UHGV virus genome: UHGV-0058267
DNA length: 15,180 nt
DNA from: a virus
Reading direction: 5' to 3' (one strand)
In this document: one piece after another, positions 8,741 through 15,180 of the stretch
How positions within the stretch are numbered: the stretch's first letter is position 1
How the letters are laid out: each line of letters begins with the position of its first letter
Notes under the pieces: model-generated
The model's input: the letters and a program-made list of their open reading frames with translations, nothing else
Databases searched by the model: none
Told to the model about the DNA's origin: nothing
Position numbers and translations under genes: made by a program

Positions 8741-8761
8741 AGGCAGGAATCATACCTGCCT
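8741..8761 (+). terminator. hairpin between convergent genes, possible bidirectional terminator
   Basis: AGGCAGG (8741-8747), 7-nt loop, CCTGCCT (8755-8761), followed by a short T-containing tract; sits in the 31-bp gap between the RelA/SpoT-like stop and the portal-remnant stop. Confidence 0.3.
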
Positions 8762-8766
8762 TAATG

Positions 8767-9141
8767 TTAAATAAGTTTGTAGTCTTCAAAGTTTATTATC
8801 GGCTCATCTAACCATTTGTTAATCTCCTCAATTCTCTTTTGAAGAGGTTTAAGTTCGTTCCTAACAAAAACCATACTAGCCTTCTCCACATCCCCAAACC
8901 CCCCAACATTATTAGGCATAATCCCCATCATTTGCGGCGGCACGCGGTGCGCAGCCATCATGTCATCGCGGCTGACATTTTTGATATTCAGAAACTCATC
9001 CTTCGCCGCCACCTCTGACAACGGGATAATCTGAAGCCCGTCCTTTTTGCCGTTAGGCGAGTACATAAATAGGTTGCGGAAGTTACCCAGGGCGGCGGAG
9101 CGATGAGTTCTAACGGGATCGTGGTTGATGCGCATCAGCAT
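8767..9141 (-). pseudogene. Q: 3' remnant of a P2-family portal (gpQ-like) gene; 5' two-thirds missing
   Basis: 124-aa frame whose sequence (PNGKKDGLQIIPLSE...MGIMPNNVGGFGDVEKA) resembles the C-terminal region of P2-family portal proteins as recalled. Expected gene is about 340 codons; the frame ends about 40 bp from the divergent gpW start. Confidence 0.5.
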
Positions 9142-9182
9142 ACTGGCGTCCTGAAAGGCGGCGATACAACCGGAGGCCCGGT

Positions 9183-9542
9183 ATGACGCTTTATAGCGGG
9201 ATGAACAATACCAGCGGTAAAGCTATTACTGATATTGACCATCTGCGCCAGTCGGTGCGGGACATTCTGCTGACACCGCAGGGTAGCCGTATTGCCCGCC
9301 GGGAATATGGTTCCCTGCTGTCGGCACTGATAGATCAGCCACAAAATCCGGCATTACGCCTGCAGGTCATGTCGGCAGTGTATGTGGCGCTGAGTCGCTG
9401 GGAGCCACGGTTGACGCTGGATTCCATCACCATCAACAGCAATTTTGACGGTTCAATGGTGGTGGAGCTGACCGGGCGGCGGAATAACGGTGTGCCTGTG
9501 TCCCTTTCCGTATCAACAGGAGCAGAGAATGGCAGTGATTGA
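9183..9542 (+). CDS. W: baseplate protein gpW (gp25-like)
   Basis: 119 aa with GGAGG upstream; size and position upstream of J-I-H match P2 gpW; overlaps the gpJ start. Confidence 0.75.
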   Translation: MTLYSGMNNTSGKAITDIDHLRQSVRDILLTPQGSRIARREYGSLLSALIDQPQNPALRLQVMSAVYVALSRWEPRLTLDSITINSNFDGSMVVELTGRRNNGVPVSLSVSTGAENGSD

Positions 9543-10437
9543 CCTTTCGCAGTTGCCTGCGCCGCAGATTGTGGATGTGCCGAACTTTGAGACGCTGCTT
9601 GCCGAACGCAAGGCAGAATTTGTGGCGCTTCATCCGAAAGATGAGCAGGAGGCTGTGATCCGCACGCTGGAACTGGAATCTGAACCCGTCACCAAATTGC
9701 TGCAGGAGAACGCTTACCGTGAGTTGCTTCTGCGCCAGCGCATTAACGAAGCCGCGCAGGCGGTGATGGTGGCTTACGCGATGGGCGGCGATCTTGACCA
9801 GCTCGCTGCCAACTACAACGTGACACGCCTGACGGTGACGCCTGCTGATAATGATGCTGTGCCGCCCGTTGCAGCTGTGATGGAAAGCGATGAAGCGTTA
9901 CGCCTGCGTGTGCCTGCAGCCTTTGAGGGGCTTTCAGTTGCGGGGCCAACTGCAGCTTATGAATTTCATGCCCGAAGCGCCGACGGTCGGGTGGCGGATG
10001 CCAGTGCAACCAGCCCGGCACCTGCAGAGGTGGTGCTGACTGTCCTTAGCCGCGAAGGCGATGGAACAGCAGAAAAAGACCTGCTGGATGTGGTGGAGAA
10101 AGCCCTGAACAGTGAGAACGTCCGCCCGGTGGCTGACCGTCTGACGGTTCGCAGTGCAGAAATCATCCCGTACCGCGTGGAAGCTACCATTTTTCTCTAT
10201 CCGGGGCCGGAAGCAGAGCCGGTAATGGCAGCGGCAAAAGCCAGCCTGCAGAAGTACATCGCCAGTCAGACGCGTCTTGGTCGGGATATTCGCCGTAGCG
10301 CCATTTTTGCCGCGCTGCATGTTGAGGGTGTTCAGCGTGTGGAACTGGCTTCCCCGCTGGCGGATGTGGTCCTGAACAAAACGCAGGCGGCATCATGTAC
10401 GGAGTGGAGCGTGACCAACGGGGGAACGGATGAATAG
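9529..10437 (+). CDS. J: baseplate assembly protein gpJ
   Basis: ATG at 9529 (MAVIDLSQLPAPQ...) gives about 302 aa, matching P2 gpJ length and N-terminus as recalled; overlaps neighbours on both sides. Confidence 0.8.
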   Translation: MAVIDLSQLPAPQIVDVPNFETLLAERKAEFVALHPKDEQEAVIRTLELESEPVTKLLQENAYRELLLRQRINEAAQAVMVAYAMGGDLDQLAANYNVTRLTVTPADNDAVPPVAAVMESDEALRLRVPAAFEGLSVAGPTAAYEFHARSADGRVADASATSPAPAEVVLTVLSREGDGTAEKDLLDVVEKALNSENVRPVADRLTVRSAEIIPYRVEATIFLYPGPEAEPVMAAAKASLQKYIASQTRLGRDIRRSAIFAALHVEGVQRVELASPLADVVLNKTQAASCTEWSVTNGGTDE

Positions 10438-11035
10438 TCTGCTGCCACCGGGTTCAACACCACTGGAGCGCCGACTGGCACAAACCTGCAGCGGGATTTC
10501 TGATCTGCAGGTGCCGCTTCGTGACTTGTGGAATCCGGCAACCTGTCCGGTCAGTTTCCTGCCTTATCTCGCCTGGGCTTTCTCTGTGGATCGCTGGGAC
10601 GAGGGCTGGACAGAAAGCGTCAAACGCCAGGTGGTGAAGGATGCTTTTTATATTCATCAGCATAAAGGGACCACCAGTGCCGTGCGGCGGGTGGTGGAGC
10701 CGTTCGGATTCCTGATCCGCATTATTGAGTGGTGGCAGACCGGAGAAACACCGGGCACGTTTCGCCTGGATATTGGCGTGCAGGACCAGGGCATCACTGA
10801 AGATACCTATCTGGAACTTGAGCGGCTGATAAGCGATGCCAAACCATGCAGCCGTCACATGACTGGCATGTCCATCAATCTGCAGACCAGCGGTCCGCAT
10901 TGGGTAGGGGCTGCCAGCTATCTTGGCGAAGAAATCACGATCTATCCGTATATCAACGAAACGATTATTTCCGGTGGCACCGCGCATGAAGGCGGGGCGG
11001 TCCATGTTATTGACACAATGAGAGTGAATCCATGA
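10430..11035 (+). CDS. I: tail/baseplate protein gpI
   Basis: 201-aa ORF translationally coupled between J and H (overlap ATGAATAG at 10430-10437); conserved P2-family order. Confidence 0.7.
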   Translation: MNSLLPPGSTPLERRLAQTCSGISDLQVPLRDLWNPATCPVSFLPYLAWAFSVDRWDEGWTESVKRQVVKDAFYIHQHKGTTSAVRRVVEPFGFLIRIIEWWQTGETPGTFRLDIGVQDQGITEDTYLELERLISDAKPCSRHMTGMSINLQTSGPHWVGAASYLGEEITIYPYINETIISGGTAHEGGAVHVIDTMRVNP

Positions 11036-12774
11036 GCACAAAATTTTATACCCTGCTGACGGAGATTGGTGCGGCGAAGCTTGCCAGCGCCACTGCACTT
11101 GGTGTGCCGCTTAAAATTACCCATATGGCGGTGGGGGATGGCGGCGGAGCATTGCCGACGCCGGACGCAAAGCAGACTGCACTGGTAAATGAGAAACGCC
11201 GGGCTGCGCTGAATATGCTTTATATCGACCCGCAGAACAGCAGCCAGATTATTGCCGAACAGGTGATCCCTGAAAACGAGGGCGGTTGGTGGATACGTGA
11301 AGTGGGCCTGTTTGATGAGTCAGGGGCATTGATTGCCGTGGGCAACTGCCCGGAAAGCTATAAGCCGCAACTGGCTGAAGGCAGCGGGCGCACCCAGACC
11401 GTGCGTATAGTGCTGATAACCAGCTGCACGGACAATATCACCCTGAAAATCGATCCTGCCGTCGTGCTGGCAACCCGCAAGTATGTGGATGACAAGGCAC
11501 TGGAGCTGAAGGTGTATGTGGATGATCTGATGGCAAAACACCTTGCCGCACCAGATCCGCATTCACAGTACGCGCCAAAAGCCAGCCCGACATTTACCGG
11601 AACCCCCAAAGCGCCAACGCCAGCGGCAGGGAATAATACCACGCAGGTTGCGACCACCGCGTTTGTACAGGCGGCACTGACGGCTCTTATTAATGGTGCG
11701 CCAGCCACGCTGGACACACTGAAAGAAATAGCCGCAGCCATTAACAATGACCCGAAATTCAGCACCACCATTAACAATGCGCTGGCACTGAAAGCGCCGC
11801 TGTCGAGTCCGGCACTTACCGGAACGCCAACAGCACCTACTGCGGCACAGTCGGTCAACAATACACAGATTGCCACCACGGCTTTTGTGAAATCGGCGAT
11901 TGCAGCAATGGTGGGTTCTGCACCTGCGGCACTGGATACACTGAACGAACTGGCGGCGGCGCTGGGGAATGACCCGAACTTTGCCACGACAATGCTTAAT
12001 GCACTGGCAGGTAAACAACCGCTGGACAATACGCTGACTAATTTGAGTGGAAAGGATGTAGCTGGTCTTCTCACATACCTTGGTTTGGGAGAAGCCAGAT
12101 TCTCTGGTCGTTTGTTAAACACGAATATTTTTAAAAGCTCTGGAAAATATATCCCAACACCAGGGACAAAAAAGATAAGGGTCATTGCCTCTGGTGGCGG
12201 TGGCGGCGGCGGTGGGGTTCCTGAAACAACAGAAAATCAGCAGGCAACAGCCGGAGCTGGATTGAGCGGCGCATTTATTGAAGCATTTTTCGAGGTTGAT
12301 AATGATTTCGAAGTCAACGTTATTATCGGTGCTGCAGGTAAAGGGGGGGGAGCCGGAGGAAATTCAGGTAGTGAAGGTGGCACAACTTATTTCGGTTCCA
12401 TGATAACTGCACCAGGTGGTACAGGCGGTGGCGCGGGGGGAGCATCTGCAAACACATCATATATTCAGGGTATTTCATGGGGTGCCAGTCCGACATCGTC
12501 CGGTACAGTACTAAGAGCATTTCGCTGTAGTGCAAAAACACCAGGAGCAATGGTTATCTCTGTTAAAGCTGTAGCAGGTGGTACCGGGGGGGATACACCA
12601 TTAGGTTCAGGCGGTATAGGTGGTGCAAGTTCTTCATCATTCAGCGGACGTGGTGGTGGTAAAGCTGAGGGCTTTGGTGCTGGCGGAGGCGGAGCCTGCG
12701 CACCTGCTGGAAGTGAGGCTCAATCGGGAGGTGACGGTGCCCCGGGAATAGTTATTGTTGAGGAGTATGCCTGA
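11032..12774 (+). CDS. H: tail fibre protein gpH: constant N-terminal part plus currently expressed glycine-rich variable C-terminal part
   Basis: 580 aa; N-terminus MSTKFYTLLTEIGAAKLASA resembles P2 gpH as recalled; the left inversion site lies in-frame at 12068-12093; C-terminal about 227 aa are Gly-rich and lower in GC. Confidence 0.8.
   Translation: MSTKFYTLLTEIGAAKLASATALGVPLKITHMAVGDGGGALPTPDAKQTALVNEKRRAALNMLYIDPQNSSQIIAEQVIPENEGGWWIREVGLFDESGALIAVGNCPESYKPQLAEGSGRTQTVRIVLITSCTDNITLKIDPAVVLATRKYVDDKALELKVYVDDLMAKHLAAPDPHSQYAPKASPTFTGTPKAPTPAAGNNTTQVATTAFVQAALTALINGAPATLDTLKEIAAAINNDPKFSTTINNALALKAPLSSPALTGTPTAPTAAQSVNNTQIATTAFVKSAIAAMVGSAPAALDTLNELAAALGNDPNFATTMLNALAGKQPLDNTLTNLSGKDVAGLLTYLGLGEARFSGRLLNTNIFKSSGKYIPTPGTKKIRVIASGGGGGGGGVPETTENQQATAGAGLSGAFIEAFFEVDNDFEVNVIIGAAGKGGGAGGNSGSEGGTTYFGSMITAPGGTGGGAGGASANTSYIQGISWGASPTSSGTVLRAFRCSAKTPGAMVISVKAVAGGTGGDTPLGSGGIGGASSSSFSGRGGGKAEGFGAGGGGACAPAGSEAQSGGDGAPGIVIVEEYA
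12068..12093. repeat. left 26-bp invertase crossover site (gix/hix-like)
   Basis: ttctcacatacc-tt-ggtttgggagaa: two 12-bp half-sites around a 2-bp core, fitting the TTnTCnnAAACC half-site pattern of Gin/Hin/Cin/Pin sites as recalled. Inverted copy at 13523-13548, with a 21-bp perfect inverted match (12080-12100 versus 13516-13536). Confidence 0.6.
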
Positions 12775-13040
12775 TGAGTAATTTTGCTCTGATTGAACAT
12801 GGCGTGGTGAAAAATATTATTATCTGGGATGGAGAGGGTGATTTATTCTCTAATTGCGAAATTATAAATATTGATCATATAGATGCAGGCGTCGGTTGGT
12901 TCTATTCTGACGGAGAGTTTATAGCACCACCGGAACCGGAAATGACTGAATATGATGTTGGTAACATCGACGCGGTGATGGAAGCAGATACCAGCACCGC
13001 GCCGGGGGTTATCTGGCCAGTTCCACCTGAGATGGTTTAA
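12774..13040 (+). CDS. small protein coupled to gpH, putative tail-fibre assembly/chaperone protein for the expressed fibre variant
   Basis: Start overlaps the gpH stop (TGATG at 12772-12776) with GAGGAG upstream; 88 aa; function inferred from position only. Confidence 0.4.
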   Translation: MSNFALIEHGVVKNIIIWDGEGDLFSNCEIINIDHIDAGVGWFYSDGEFIAPPEPEMTEYDVGNIDAVMEADTSTAPGVIWPVPPEMV

Positions 13041-13269
13041 TCTCAATCAGAATGGGTTCGCCATTCTCGTTAACAGATATTTCCATTCCTTCAGGGATTT
13101 CAGATGCAGTAAAAAACCAGTTATCTTCTGGTAATTCCACAGCCCCGGTCACGTCATGAAGACCGGGGATTACTTCAGTCAAAGTAACAGGATTAAACAG
13201 GCGCACAATAAACTCTCCAGGAAAAAGCACTTGTTGATGGTCTTCCGTCGTACATCTGGCAGCGGACAT
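13009..13269 (-). CDS. small protein, putative tail-fibre assembly/chaperone protein of the silent cassette
   Basis: Minus-strand ORF converging on 12774-13040 (about 30-nt overlap at the 3' ends). Start codon uncertain (ATG at 13269, GTG at 13230, or the tracked start at 13296); overlaps the end of the silent fibre cassette. Confidence 0.3.
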   Translation of the reverse strand: MSAARCTTEDHQQVLFPGEFIVRLFNPVTLTEVIPGLHDVTGAVELPEDNWFFTASEIPEGMEISVNENGEPILIEIKPSQVELAR

Positions 13270-13534
13270 AAAAACCTGTATTACTGACCTGGTCATCCAC
13301 GATCATTGAAACGTGAACGTTATTAGGTGTGGCCTCGTAATCTGTTCTTATTCTTTCCGCTATGCTGATAAAACGTGAAAGCTTAGGTAGTGCAATTGGA
13401 TAAACGACTTTAGCCAGCCCATTATCATTGGAACCACCAGTTCCAAATACTTCTATTGCACCATCTGACCAGCGTATCCATGCACCATTGACATTAGCTC
13501 CTCGCTGAATGACATATCTGGCTTCTCCCAAACC
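13193..13534 (-). CDS. silent alternative tail-fibre C-terminal cassette, promoterless and start-less in this orientation
   Basis: The minus-strand frame reads ...GLGEAR-YVIQRGANVNG... through the right crossover site, and the same GLGEAR junction is encoded in gpH at the left site (LTYLGLGEAR). Inversion would fuse about 110 alternative codons onto the gpH constant part. Confidence 0.55.
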   Translation of the reverse strand, partial: GLGEARYVIQRGANVNGAWIRWSDGAIEVFGTGGSNDNGLAKVVYPIALPKLSRFISIAERIRTDYEATPNNVHVSMIVDDQVSNTGFYVRCQMYDGRPSTSAFSWRVYCAPV

Positions 13535-13548
13535 AACGTTTAAGAAAA
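13523..13548. repeat. right 26-bp invertase crossover site (gix/hix-like)
   Basis: ttctcccaaacc-aa-cgtttaagaaaa; inverted relative to 12068-12093; about 55 bp upstream of the invertase start. Confidence 0.6.
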
Positions 13549-13603
13549 TGCAGAGATTACGGCTAACTGGCATCATCTCCGGTTTTTATTCAGGGGGATG
13601 ATC

Positions 13604-14170
13604 ATGCTTATTGGCTATGTACGCGTGTCAACAAATGACCAGAACACCGATTTGCAACGTAATGCACTGAACTGCGCGGGATGTGAGCGGATTTTTGAGG
13701 ACAAAATCAGTGGCACTAAGTCCGACAGACCGGGGCTGAAAAAACTGCTCAGGACACTATCGGCAGGAGACACGCTGGTTGTCTGGAAGCTGGACCGGTT
13801 GGGGCGCAGTATGCGGCATCTTGTTACGCTGATAGAAGAGTTGCGCCAGCGTGGCGTGAATTTCCGAAGCCTGACTGACAGTATTGATACCAGTACCCCA
13901 ATGGGCCGTTTCTTTTTTCATGTCATGGGTGCCCTGGCTGAAATGGAACGCGAACTGATAGTTGAACGTACCAGGGCAGGGCTGGCTGCAGCTCGTGTTA
14001 AAGGCAGAGTAGGTGGACGCCGTCCTAAGTTGACCAGCGAACAGTGGGCACAGATTGGGCGTTTACTCGAGGCCGGAGAATCAAGACAGCGTATTGCACT
14101 GATTTTTGATGTAGGCGTTTCTACCATTTATCGAAAATTTCTGGCAAATAAGAGCAATGAATCTCCCTGA
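13604..14170 (+). CDS. serine-recombinase DNA invertase of the Gin/Hin/Cin/Pin family
   Basis: MLIGYVRVSTNDQNTDLQRNAL... is near-identical in its N-terminus to Mu Gin as recalled, with the catalytic Ser in RVSTNDQ and a C-terminal helix-turn-helix region; about 189 aa. Confidence 0.9.
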   Translation: MLIGYVRVSTNDQNTDLQRNALNCAGCERIFEDKISGTKSDRPGLKKLLRTLSAGDTLVVWKLDRLGRSMRHLVTLIEELRQRGVNFRSLTDSIDTSTPMGRFFFHVMGALAEMERELIVERTRAGLAAARVKGRVGGRRPKLTSEQWAQIGRLLEAGESRQRIALIFDVGVSTIYRKFLANKSNESP

Positions 14171-14312
14171 ATCAGCTTTATTTTGATTATCCCTGAAAGC
14201 AGACAAATACCGTCATTTTGTGTGAATAACGGTACAACTGCGCTTAGCTGTTTGTCAGGCACAATCACTTCAACATAGGGCGAAGCCTAATCCAATCAGG
14301 AGGTTCGCCACT

Positions 14313-15101
14313 ATGGCTCAGGATTACCACCACGGGGTGCGCGTTGTTGAAGTCAACGAAGGCACCCGATCCATTACCACGGTGAGCACAGCCATCGTGG
14401 GCATGGTCTGCACGGGCGATGATGCCGATGCAAAAATGTTTCCTCTTAATAAACCCGTACTGATCACTGATGTGCTGACTGCCAGCGGTAAAGCGGGTGA
14501 GTCCGGCACGCTGGCCCGTTCGCTGGACGCCATCGCTGACCAGGCAAAACCCGTGACCGTTGTTGTGCGTGTGCCGCAGGGTGAAACGGAAGAAGAAACC
14601 ACGACCAATATCATCGGTGCAGTGACCGCTGAAGGAAAAAAAACAGGCATGAAAGCCCTGTTATCTGCTCAGACACAGCTCGGCGTTAAACCGCGCATTC
14701 TCGGCGTGCCAGGTCATGATAACAAAGCCGTTGCTACTGAGTTGCTGAGTGTGGCGCAAAGCCTGCGTGGGTTTGCCTACCTGTCAGCATATGGCTGCAA
14801 GACGGTACAGGAGGCGATCACTTACCGTGAAAACTTCAGCCAGCGCGAAGGAATGCTGATCTGGCCTGACTTTACTGGCTGGGACACGGTGCTGAATGCC
14901 GAAGCAACGGCATATGCCACCGCCCGTGCGCTTGGTCTGCGCGCCAAAATTGATGAGCAGACCGGGTGGCACAAAAGCCTGTCCAACGTGGGCGTGAACG
15001 GTGTCACCGGAATTTCTGCAGATGTGTTCTGGGATCTGCAGGACCCGGCAACCGATGCGGGACTGCTTAACCAGAACGACGTCACCACGCTTACACGGTG
15101 A
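14313..15101 (+). CDS. FI: contractile tail sheath protein gpFI-like, apparently truncated or frameshifted at codon 262
   Basis: N-terminus MAQDYHHGVRVVEVNEGTRSIT resembles P2 FI (MSDYHHGVQVLEINEGTR...) as recalled; in-frame TGA at 15099-15101 although sheath proteins are about 390 aa; a different frame stays open from 15095 to the window end. Confidence 0.7.
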   Translation: MAQDYHHGVRVVEVNEGTRSITTVSTAIVGMVCTGDDADAKMFPLNKPVLITDVLTASGKAGESGTLARSLDAIADQAKPVTVVVRVPQGETEEETTTNIIGAVTAEGKKTGMKALLSAQTQLGVKPRILGVPGHDNKAVATELLSVAQSLRGFAYLSAYGCKTVQEAITYRENFSQREGMLIWPDFTGWDTVLNAEATAYATARALGLRAKIDEQTGWHKSLSNVGVNGVTGISADVFWDLQDPATDAGLLNQNDVTTLTR

Positions 15102-15180
15102 AAAGCATCACGGGGGCGTTGCGCCGCTGGGTGGAAGCTAACCCGGAACTGACAGGCACACTGATGAAAGCAGCGGCTGG

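Larger units (their letters stand above)
12081..13536. other. invertible DNA segment (G-segment-like tail-fibre host-range switch), about 1.45 kb
   Basis: Bounded by inverted 26-bp sites with complementary core dinucleotides (tt at 12080-12081, aa at 13535-13536). Holds two convergent cassettes, each a tail-fibre C-terminal part followed by a small coupled ORF; serine invertase gene immediately adjacent. Confidence 0.6.

Noticed and set aside
4788-8766. P2 tin and old genes expected in this interval
   Set aside because: No ORF of Old-like size or organisation (about 590 aa, ATPase plus TOPRIM) and nothing Tin-like; the ParA-like protein is a deviant Walker A ATPase of a different family.
9135-9344. 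69-aa minus-strand ORF spanning the portal-remnant/gpW junction
   Set aside because: Overlaps the gpW start in antisense and has no ribosome-binding site; most likely chance.
11358-12185. 275-aa minus-strand ORF (and 11563-12018) antisense to gpH
   Set aside because: Low-complexity Ala/Ser/Gly-rich translation mirroring the Gly/Ala-rich sense frame; an artefact of the repetitive fibre sequence.
12180-12700. Repetitive GGT/GGC/GGG sequence that could be mistaken for a tandem repeat or CRISPR-like array
   Set aside because: It is in-frame glycine-rich coding sequence within gpH, with no regular repeat-spacer periodicity.

Overview
This window reads as a defective P2/186-family prophage of an enterobacterial host, carrying an AT-rich cargo island in the classic hotspot between the replication gene and the portal gene. 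From left to right: the 3' end of a CII-like regulator gene and small early ORFs; a translationally coupled TraR/DksA-like zinc finger, Dam-type methyltransferase and gpA-like rolling-circle initiator (1295-4787); a LexA-box-controlled small ORF plus DinI-like gene (4880-5373); then two divergently transcribed two-gene operons that are the best candidates for an undescribed anti-phage system. One encodes a Rossmann SLOG/DprA-like protein with a phosphoribosyltransferase-like protein (5463-6604, minus strand); the other encodes a ParA/MinD-like ATPase with a RelA/SpoT-type nucleotidyltransferase (6952-8735, plus strand). Downstream, only the 3' end of a portal-like gene remains, abutting the baseplate and tail-fibre genes W-J-I-H, so the capsid, terminase and lysis module appears deleted. 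The tail-fibre gene ends in a Gin/Hin-type invertible segment (26-bp dyad sites at 12068-12093 and 13523-13548) with an adjacent serine invertase, followed by an apparently truncated tail-sheath gene. All protein-family calls rest on motif recognition by eye and recalled family sequences; no database search or computation was run.
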